A DNA stretch of 22,308 nt from an uncultured Pseudomonadales bacterium. GTDB lineage: Bacteria > Pseudomonadota > Gammaproteobacteria > Pseudomonadales > Oleiphilaceae. The stretch covers positions 1-22,308 of the forward strand of contig CAZEWG010000037.1 of NCBI GenBank assembly GCA_964514485.1, written 5' to 3'. Below, one piece after another: positions 7,101 through 13,128 of the stretch. The translations under genes and the position numbers were made by a program. Numbering within the stretch: the first letter of the stretch is position 1; each line of letters begins with the position of its first letter. The notes beneath the pieces were generated by a model. It saw only the letters and a program-made list of their open reading frames with translations, had not been told where the DNA came from and did not search any database.

Positions 7101-9493
7101 TCCAGGTTCTGGGCCCGCTGCTGGCGGGCGTCCAGTAACTTCTGCTTGTGGGCCTCGAAGGCTTCGACGATTTCCTCGCGCTTGCCCAGGATATCCGCCA
7201 GGAACTGGTCGTAGTCGCTGAACTGGCTTTCCACTTCCTGCAATTGGGTGAGCAGGCGTGACAGTAGCTCATCGCAGCGATCCGGCGTATCCGCCATGGC
7301 CAGGGAGCTGGACACGCTTTGCTCCAGCAGGCGGAACTGGGCGGCGAACTGGGCTACGGCCTCGGCCGAGCCAATCTCCCGGCGCTTGTTGTCGGCGCGG
7401 GCCCGGCGCTGGTTAATCTGGGCATAGAGTTCGGAGACCGCGTCGATAATGCGGGTGCGGGTGGTAGCATCACCTTCCTGCAGGCCGGCAAGCAACTCCG
7501 ATACCAGCCCTAACCCTTGGGACTGCTGCTCGTACAGCTCGATGACTGCGGTAATCTGTTCCAGGGTCTGAGCCTCGGCCAGTTGCCCATCCAGCTCGGC
7601 CAAGGTCTTGTCATAGCTGGCCAGTGCCTGGGGCTTTGACAGGAATGCCAGGGTTTCTTTGGACAGGCGGGATTCCGTGGCGATGACCTGTTGTTCCAGT
7701 TGGTCGACGCGGGCCACATCCATATAACGATAGTCGCGGATGGTCAGCAGATGCCCCCGGTGACGGCGCAGTTCGGCCAAGGCGTCAATAAACAGGTCGG
7801 GACGGTCCCAGCTCTCCGGGCTGATCCGGCGCAGCAGGGCGGCCTGTGTCTGTTCCGCCTCGGCCAGGGCCTGGCGGGACTGCTGCTGGATGGCCTGGAC
7901 CTTTTCATATTCGTCGAGGATCAGCTCGCCGGTCTCGGCAATCTGTTTCAAGGCCTCGTCCAGACCGCCCAATTGTTCGGCCCCTAGCCAATGATAGGCG
8001 TCGAACAGCCGGGTAATGGCACGGATCAGGTCGTTGTAATGGCCGGGGCGGATATCCTCCTTGGCCATCATCCGTTCGATGCTGTAGAGCTCGGAAATTC
8101 CCCGCACCAGCTCGGCATTGCCGATTCTGCCGAGAAAGGTCTGTGAGCCACCGGCTTGGGCTGCGTGTTCCTCACTGAAGAAGGGAGTGCGCCAGATTTG
8201 CATGGCATGCACCCGGCTGGCTTCATCGGAAGCCTGCAACAGCACCAGGCGGCCATCGGGGAACAGGGCATAGCTGTGGCCCTGGATAGGGTTGGCCACA
8301 GCCTTATTGATAAGGTTGTAGGTGTGCAGGATCGCGCGGCCGTCTTCCGGGTGGTAGAACACGTACAGCACGTCCTCCCCGTTCGGGGAGACGATCCGTC
8401 GCTTAAAGCGGAAGCCGGCTGCATCCAGGTCAAACCGCTTGAGCTCACCAGTTTGCAGGTAGTAGCCGCTGGGATAAATGATGCCGTGATCTTCCGGCAA
8501 CTGCACGCAGGAGGCGCCAAGCTCGTCGATCCGTACCACTTCCCGGATCAGGCTGTTGTAGACGTAATGGCGTACCTGATCTTCCCGGTAAGGCTTGATG
8601 CGAACCAGGATCAAATTGCCCAGGGCGGCGTAATGGAACTCCGCGTCGTCCAGGGACTGGGTCTTGTCCTCGACCGGGTCGGCATAGATGCCCAGGCCCG
8701 TTTGGGTGTTGTTCTCCACCTTGAAGGTGATGTCACCCTGGATGTTGTCCACAAACAACTGATCCAGGATATTGATGTGGGGGTGACGCCCCTGCACGAT
8801 CTGGTCCCGGCCCACCGGGATCCAGTCAAAATCGGTTCGGGGCGGCAGGACCACATCCCGCTCGCCTCGGTTGTCCAGATACTCCAGCACCTCACCGGTA
8901 GGGGAGAGCGACCAGCGGAACACCCGGATATCCGATTCCTTTTCGCCAATACGGAAGTTGGCCAACAGCTTGCCGTCCCGTACTGCCAACTGCTGCAGCC
9001 AGGGGGCTTTGTAGAAGGTATAAAGCTCGGTGAAATCGGACTGGAACCGGCTGTTATCCAGAAAGCTGCCTTGCACCGGCTGGTGGATAAACTCCAACCC
9101 TTCCGGGCCTTCGTGCAGCTGGTACAGGGAGAAGACATCCTCCACCGCCGTGGTCTTCTGCAGGCCCTTGAAGACGTTGTAGCCCAGCAGGATGTACTGG
9201 CCGACCCGTACCGTATCCCTGGGGATGCAGTTGTGTTCGGTACGCGCCCGTGCCCTGCCGGTCACTTCCAGGCTGGTGCTGCCGAACTCCGCCAGGCGTT
9301 GCTGGTTCAGGTGCTCGATGCGCTGCTTGAGATCGCGGCCCTGCTCCAGCAGGCGGCGGCGAATCACTTCATAGGCGCCGCCCTGGGCGACGGCCTGGGA
9401 TACAAGGTCCTGTTGAATGTCCGAGGTCATGCCGAGTCCAGAAGAAAGGTTGTGAAATCGGTGGCGTTCCCTGAGAGGCGATGGTGATGCCAA
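4148..9493 (-). CDS. Giant (1781 aa) multidomain protein with an N-terminal beta-rich region, a central coiled coil, a single MoxR/AAA_5-like AAA+ ATPase module and a helical C-terminal region; no characterised family recognised
   Basis: A single uninterrupted ORF ends at a TAA stop at 4148-4150. The start is ambiguous. A TTG at 9493 has an AAGGG Shine-Dalgarno 8 nt upstream, and an ATG at 9430 (M22) has a poor Shine-Dalgarno. Walker A ISPPGYGKTT lies at about residue 1311 (nt about 5539-5565). Walker B is VMLYLDDIQH, sensor-1 is in VVMAGNPYTE, and an Arg-bearing IPDMLANRADVY motif resembles the MoxR LDRF region. Residues about 500-900 (nt about 6793-7993) are strongly helical with a heptad-like Q/E/L/A/R pattern. 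Confidence 0.8.
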   Translation of the reverse strand: MASPSPLRERHRFHNLSSGLGMTSDIQQDLVSQAVAQGGAYEVIRRRLLEQGRDLKQRIEHLNQQRLAEFGSTSLEVTGRARARTEHNCIPRDTVRVGQYILLGYNVFKGLQKTTAVEDVFSLYQLHEGPEGLEFIHQPVQGSFLDNSRFQSDFTELYTFYKAPWLQQLAVRDGKLLANFRIGEKESDIRVFRWSLSPTGEVLEYLDNRGERDVVLPPRTDFDWIPVGRDQIVQGRHPHINILDQLFVDNIQGDITFKVENNTQTGLGIYADPVEDKTQSLDDAEFHYAALGNLILVRIKPYREDQVRHYVYNSLIREVVRIDELGASCVQLPEDHGIIYPSGYYLQTGELKRFDLDAAGFRFKRRIVSPNGEDVLYVFYHPEDGRAILHTYNLINKAVANPIQGHSYALFPDGRLVLLQASDEASRVHAMQIWRTPFFSEEHAAQAGGSQTFLGRIGNAELVRGISELYSIERMMAKEDIRPGHYNDLIRAITRLFDAYHWLGAEQLGGLDEALKQIAETGELILDEYEKVQAIQQQSRQALAEAEQTQAALLRRISPESWDRPDLFIDALAELRRHRGHLLTIRDYRYMDVARVDQLEQQVIATESRLSKETLAFLSKPQALASYDKTLAELDGQLAEAQTLEQITAVIELYEQQSQGLGLVSELLAGLQEGDATTRTRIIDAVSELYAQINQRRARADNKRREIGSAEAVAQFAAQFRLLEQSVSSSLAMADTPDRCDELLSRLLTQLQEVESQFSDYDQFLADILGKREEIVEAFEAHKQKLLDARQQRAQNLEDAANRILTSVQRRLDKFQTADEVNSFFASDPLILKLRQLIEELQGLDASVKADDLSARFKAMREQGVRALRDKAEIFEEGGQVIKLGPRHRFSVNTQEVDLTLLPRGEHLAQHLTGTDYYEVVDDPVLNELKPYWTMTLASESTSVYRAEYLAYQFWQALQAGELASKRSEILAELQNLDALVSRVRDYAGPRYREGYERGIHDHDAALILQQLIPQARAAGTLRYPVTVRAQAVYYWAQVQHDKDNQAWRNRARSAVQLRERLGSDEAFKALVNQLESRLQSFVEQRHLPFAPETLPLTAEYLVEELAKEALAFETTHVAAELAEQFRHSLQEAGLWKGFLDSLKFAEGEADSAWPTATAWLAAWIKREGLTERLHYLDEAVTLVAAEIPVPRDIREVDLEQTITGLLGQHPNLQGQTLTLRLDEFVQRLSHHQTVTIPAFERYQAARLQFLQRERERLRLEDFKARPLATFVRNKLINEVYLPIIGDNLAKQMGTVGDNKRSDLMGLLMLISPPGYGKTTLMEYVANRLGLVFMRINCPSLGHEVRSLDPDQAGNSTARQELMKLNLALEMGNNVMLYLDDIQHTDPEFLQKFISLCDATRRIEGVWKGKAKTYDLRGKKFCVVMAGNPYTETGETFRIPDMLANRADVYNLGDVLGGSEEAFALSYIENALTSNPVLAPLASRDLQDVYRFVDMAQGKPVAATEFSHSYSAAESQEIVSVLQKLFVIQQVILRVNLQYIASSAQADSYRTEPPFKLQGSYRNMNKMAEKVSSVMTEAELMQLIADHYRGEAQLLTTGAEENLLKLAELRGNMTPEQEQRWTEIKTEFRRRMSAGGDDEDVGARVVRQLIGVVEGIQALRAGLNSLAAQAERAQSESQEAPPLLPQELMEPLLDRLTQLLEREPRVEVINQPAPGLDKMLKKLTTTMESGFEPLARAMNGKLVIDVRTYRRLGELMEQLRALGTDLNGRRGAFSGDGNPAS

Positions 9494-9570
9494 GGGCCGC
9501 CCTTGTTAGGGCGTGACCCAGGGAGCTCAAAGGTTTGGACTGCGCCCTCCAAAGGAGGGCACTAAGTGGC
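9494..9570 (-). promoter_or_regulatory. Two stem-loops in the 77-nt spacer between flotillin and the giant gene (possible attenuator or processing site)
   Basis: CGCCCTTGTTAGGGCG at about 9505-9521 has a 6-bp stem. GCCCTCCAAAGGAGGGC at 9543-9559 has a 7-bp stem. Neither is followed by a U tract on the minus-strand transcript. Confidence 0.3.
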
Positions 9571-11652
9571 TTAGCCGTCCGTGCCTGTGGTACCGGTGAG
9601 CTGGCTGCTGGCGGTTTTGACCACCGACTCCTTGCCACCGATAGCCAACAAGCGGTTCAGGGCTGCCTGGATGCTGGCATTGCGGGTTACGCCTTCCAGC
9701 CCCTTGCCCACTGATAGGCCCTTGGCGAATTGCTCGAAGTACTCGCCCTGGCCGCCGACGATTTCGATCTTGGCCTTCTGCAGCGCTGAGGACAGGACTT
9801 CGGCCTGTTCCTTGGCAATTTCCTTGTTGGCCTCGATGGACGCCATGGTTTCCTGAATGGCTGCATCCAGCTGGCGGGTCATCATCTCGAAGTCGCGAGC
9901 CTCGGGAGACATCTGGGCCATGGATTCGAACTTCTCCAACAGACCCTGAGCTTCTGCCTTGGCTTTCGCCAGCAGGGTATGGGCAGCCGCTTCGCCCTGT
10001 TCCCGTTGGCCCTTGGCCTCGGCCAGCAGCTTCTCTTCCAGTACCCGTGCTTCGACCAGACCTTCTTCCTCGATGGCTTTGGCCTTGGCCTTGATGATTT
10101 CGGCCTCTGCCATACCCTGTTCGCGCTGGCCCTTGGCCTCGGCCAGCATCCGCTCTTCCAGTACCCGTGCTTCGGCCATGCCTTCCTCCTCGAAGGCTTT
10201 GGCCTTGGCCTTGGTGACTTCGGCTTCCACCAGGCCTTCCCGCTCGAGGGCATCGGCCATGGCTTCTTTGACGCGGGCTGCTGCCAGGCCATCGGCCGCT
10301 TTCACCGCGCGGATACCTTCTGCCCGCTTGGCTTCGGCCAGGGCCCGCTTGTCGGCGGCTTGCAGTTCGGCTTCCGCCAGTACCTGGATTTCCCGGGCCT
10401 TGTGTGCGGCTTTCTGCTCTTCGGCTTCGGCCGCTTTCACAGCTTTGATCCGTTCTTCTTCTGCCTGGGCGGTGGCCTCGGTGATCTTCACCTGCTTCAG
10501 ACGCTCGGCTTCGGACAGTACATGGGTATCTTTGATCCGCTCTTCTTCTTCGGCCACTTTCTTCTCGGTGGCGATCCGCTCGCTGATAGTGACCGCAATG
10601 AGCTTGCGCTCTTCCTCCAGCGCCTTCTCTTTCTCGATGCGCTGCAGTTCCACTTCCCGCTCCCGGGTCACGGCTGCCAACTGGCGCGCTTTCTCCACGT
10701 TTTCAGCCTCGACCACCACGGCCCGCTCGCGGTTCTTGTCGGCCACTTCCACCTGACGGCGCTTGTTGGCTTCGGCAATCTCGATGGCCTCTTGTGCGGC
10801 AATGCGGGCTTCTTCTGCGCGACGACGCTCCTGCTCCCGCACGGTTTCCGCTTCGGCCTGCTCCCGGGCCCGGATCACTTCGATCTCACGCTGCTGCCGC
10901 GCCTGGGCTTCGGCCCGTTGTTTCTCGAGTTCCAGAAGCGCCTCGGTGGTGGCCGTATCCTTGCGGTCAATTTCCAGCTTCTGGTCGTTACGCAGGCGGT
11001 TGGTTTCTTCCGCCTGGGTTTTGACCAGTTCGGTCAGCTTGCGGATACCCTGGGCATCCATGGCATTGTTGGGGTCGAGCAGCTCGATGGGCGTCTGCTC
11101 CAGGTAGTCGATGGCCACGTCTTCCAGGATGTAGCCATTGAGGTCCTCGCCGATGGTCTTGACGATTTCTTCCCGGAACCGGATGCGGTTGTCGAACAGC
11201 TCCACAAACTCCAGTTGTTTGCCCACTGATTTCAGGGCTTCGGAGAACTTGGCATTGAACAGCTCGTTGACGGCTTCCTTGTTGGAGGCGCGGGCCACGC
11301 CTACGGACTTGGCCACCTTAAGCACATCTTCAGGCGTTTCATTGACGCGGATGTAGAAGGCGACCGTGATGTCGGCGCGGATATGGTCCTTACAGATCAG
11401 GCCTTCCTTGCCCCGCCGGTCAATTTCCAGGGTCAGCACGGAGATCCGCATGACTTCCTTTTTGTGGATAACCGGCCAGACCATGGCGCCGGTGAAGTAC
11501 ACCTTAGGCGTCTGGGATAGGTCGTTGACGATCAACGCCTCTCCCTGTTCCACCTTGACGTAGAACAGCTTGAACAGAAACAGCACAGCCAGAATGACGG
11601 CAAAGATGACGCCAACGGCCAGCAAAAATGGCAGCACAATAGACAAAGACAT
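9571..11652 (-). CDS. yqiK: Flotillin-family SPFH protein (YqiK-like), long form with C-terminal Ala/Glu-rich repeats
   Basis: The 693-aa product has an N-terminal TM/hairpin (LSIVLPFLLAVGVIFAVILAVLFLF) and an SPFH/band-7 core (EALIVNDLSQTPKVYFTGAMVWPVIHKKEVMRISVLTLEIDRRGKEGLICKDHIRADITVAFYIRV). A long EA-rich helical region with 40-aa tandem repeats follows. The ATG at 11652 has an AAGGAG Shine-Dalgarno 6 nt upstream, 29 nt downstream of the yqiJ stop. Confidence 0.9.
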   Translation of the reverse strand: MSLSIVLPFLLAVGVIFAVILAVLFLFKLFYVKVEQGEALIVNDLSQTPKVYFTGAMVWPVIHKKEVMRISVLTLEIDRRGKEGLICKDHIRADITVAFYIRVNETPEDVLKVAKSVGVARASNKEAVNELFNAKFSEALKSVGKQLEFVELFDNRIRFREEIVKTIGEDLNGYILEDVAIDYLEQTPIELLDPNNAMDAQGIRKLTELVKTQAEETNRLRNDQKLEIDRKDTATTEALLELEKQRAEAQARQQREIEVIRAREQAEAETVREQERRRAEEARIAAQEAIEIAEANKRRQVEVADKNRERAVVVEAENVEKARQLAAVTREREVELQRIEKEKALEEERKLIAVTISERIATEKKVAEEEERIKDTHVLSEAERLKQVKITEATAQAEEERIKAVKAAEAEEQKAAHKAREIQVLAEAELQAADKRALAEAKRAEGIRAVKAADGLAAARVKEAMADALEREGLVEAEVTKAKAKAFEEEGMAEARVLEERMLAEAKGQREQGMAEAEIIKAKAKAIEEEGLVEARVLEEKLLAEAKGQREQGEAAAHTLLAKAKAEAQGLLEKFESMAQMSPEARDFEMMTRQLDAAIQETMASIEANKEIAKEQAEVLSSALQKAKIEIVGGQGEYFEQFAKGLSVGKGLEGVTRNASIQAALNRLLAIGGKESVVKTASSQLTGTTGTDG
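9994..10233 (-). repeat. Tandem 120-nt (40-aa) direct repeat, two full copies plus a partial one, inside the flotillin C-terminal region
   Basis: ccctgttcccgttggcccttggcctcggccagcagcttctcttccagtacccgtgcttcg at 9995 recurs as ccctgttcgcgctggcccttggcctcggccagcatccgctcttccagtacccgtgcttcg at 10115. The encoded units are KAKAKAFEEEGMAEARVLEERMLAEAKGQREQGMAEAEII and KAKAKAIEEEGLVEARVLEEKLLAEAKGQREQGEAAAHTLLA. Confidence 0.6.
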
Positions 11653-11681
11653 ATCGACTCCTTGTTCGACGGGCGGGATTT

Positions 11682-12323
11682 TTATCCGGTGAACTCGTGC
11701 TCCGGCACGATTCGGTATGCGTTTTGGTCAGAGAGGTGTTCAACAAGGATGGCCTGGTCGCCACGCTTCAACTTGCCAGATTCGGCACGCACCTTGAGGA
11801 TCAGCTTGGCGCCGTCCAGGGTGACAGTGGCCTCCCCAAAGTGCTCATCCACCACGGAGCTGCGCACCACACAAGTGCGGCCCAGTAATGCAGGAACCGT
11901 GGCGGGACGGTGGAGTTTACGAAACAGGGGGCGCAGGGGGCGCACACTGGCGGCGGTGGCGAACAGGGCCAGAGCTGTGGCGATCAGGATCACCAGGCTG
12001 CCCGCCAGCCAATAGAACAACCCTGTGGGCAACAGGCTGAGCAGGAAATGGACTGCGAAATAGGAGGTCAACCAGGCGTAAAGGACCAGTAGCGTGATCA
12101 CCAGGGAGGCAGGGACACCGGTTAATCCTAGGGTGACCATGAAACCGCCCAGTCCGCTGAGGCTGACGGAATCGCCACTGATGTCGAAATCGAAATCCGT
12201 TTCAAATAGGTCTGGGCTGACCAGGCCGAACAGCGCGAACAACCAGTAGAGGCAGACAACACCCAGAAGTACGCTGAACAGGATAGTGGGGAACGACAGT
12301 GCGTTTGCCAAAAACTCTTCCAT
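11682..12323 (-). CDS. yqiJ: NfeD/YqiJ-family inner-membrane protein with a C-terminal OB-fold, the usual flotillin partner
   Basis: The product has multiple TM helices (FPTILFSVLLGVVCLYWLFALFGLV, LVITLLVLYAWLTSYFAVHFLLSLL, LFYWLAGSLVILIATALALFATAA). Its soluble C-terminal beta domain (GRTCVVRSSVVDEHFGEATVTLDGAKLILKVRAESGKLKRGDQAILVEH) is typical of NfeD. I prefer the ATG at 12323-12321 (MEEFLANALSF), which has a GGAAGA Shine-Dalgarno. The ORF track extends to a TTG at 12353 with no Shine-Dalgarno. Confidence 0.85.
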   Translation of the reverse strand: MEEFLANALSFPTILFSVLLGVVCLYWLFALFGLVSPDLFETDFDFDISGDSVSLSGLGGFMVTLGLTGVPASLVITLLVLYAWLTSYFAVHFLLSLLPTGLFYWLAGSLVILIATALALFATAASVRPLRPLFRKLHRPATVPALLGRTCVVRSSVVDEHFGEATVTLDGAKLILKVRAESGKLKRGDQAILVEHLSDQNAYRIVPEHEFTG

Positions 12324-12460
12324 TAGTCTTCCATTAGTCCGTCCCTCAGACAACTTATGTCAAAGTAGCCTTTACACATGAACCACGTCAACCCTCAAGT
12401 CGCAAAAAGTGATCCCATTCCGAAAAACAGCGACTTTTGAAGGAAAGGGATAAAATTTTA

Positions 12461-12490
12461 TTGACATAAATTGTCATAGTCGCCTAGTTT
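12461..12490 (+). promoter_or_regulatory. Candidate sigma70 promoter for the yjfI-yjfJ operon, overlapped by the inverted repeat TGACATAAATTGTCA
   Basis: A TTGACA -35 box lies at 12461-12466 and TAGTTT lies at 12485-12490 with an 18-bp spacer. An AT-rich upstream tract GGATAAAATTTTA precedes them. The 5-bp inverted arms TGACA/TGTCA at 12462-12476 overlap the -35 box and are a possible repressor site. Confidence 0.3.
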
Positions 12491-12608
12491 GTGAACAGGA
12501 CAGTTGATGTCGCTTTGCCAGAAAGGCCCATGCCGCAGTTCGGAAACTCACTGCCTGTCAAAGGACTGTTCAACGATTGAAGGCCACCATTGCAGAAGGG
12601 AGTTGCCA

Positions 12609-13016
12609 GTGAGCTTGCTACAAGACATGACGTTAAGCCTAGCGAATACGGTGTTCGAAGGACATCGGTTCGACTGCCTGCCCATCTCCGGCGAACAGGA
12701 AGTGCTGCAAGTGCAGGTTTCCGGACTGGAGGAAATGCCGATCTACGTGACGGTAACGGATACCCAGATTCTCTGTATCAGCTACCTGTTCAAGAAATCC
12801 GAGCTCAAGGAAGGCAGCATCAATGAACTCAATGCCTTGCTCCTTGAATTGAGCCTGCCCATGCCGCTCAGCAGTTTCGGCATGGTGGGTGATCATTATG
12901 TGATCTATGGGGCACTGGCCCTGACGGCGACTGCTGAACACGTGATGAAGGAACTGACCACCCTGGCCGGCAACGCGGTTGACGCGCTGCAAACGCTTGA
13001 GCCCTATCTGAAGTGA
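12609..13016 (+). CDS. yjfI: DUF2170 family protein (YjfI-like), the usual upstream partner of the PspA-like YjfJ
   Basis: A GTG at 12609 with an AAGGGAG Shine-Dalgarno 6 nt upstream gives a 135-aa product. The alternative ATG at 12627 gives 129 aa. The protein is acidic with a conserved-looking core (VLQVQVSGLEEMPIYVTVTDTQILCISYLF). It lies 112 nt upstream of the pspA-like gene, matching the E. coli yjfI-yjfJ arrangement. The ORF track's 12504 start adds a Cys/His-rich 35-aa extension, which I treat as leader sequence. Confidence 0.7.
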   Translation: MSLLQDMTLSLANTVFEGHRFDCLPISGEQEVLQVQVSGLEEMPIYVTVTDTQILCISYLFKKSELKEGSINELNALLLELSLPMPLSSFGMVGDHYVIYGALALTATAEHVMKELTTLAGNAVDALQTLEPYLK

Positions 13017-13128
13017 CCGGGTGATGGAACCCGATGACTGAACCAAGGAGAACCGTTGCAGTCGGGCTACCCGGTGCGCCTCGTTGTTCTCAGTGATGCT
13101 TCATTAAGATGAAAAGAAGGATTCTTCC

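Noticed and set aside
4925-9487. Long plus-strand ORFs (4925-5560, 8156-9487 at 443 aa, and others) inside the giant gene
   Set aside because: They are antisense shadow frames of a continuous 1781-aa minus-strand ORF with clear AAA+ motifs. Their Gly/Val/His-rich composition is typical of reverse frames.
9959-11229. 265-aa and 416-aa plus-strand ORFs antisense to flotillin
   Set aside because: They are low-complexity Ser/Ala/Phe/Gly-rich translations produced by the reverse strand of the Ala/Glu-repeat coding region. The flotillin frame is unambiguous.
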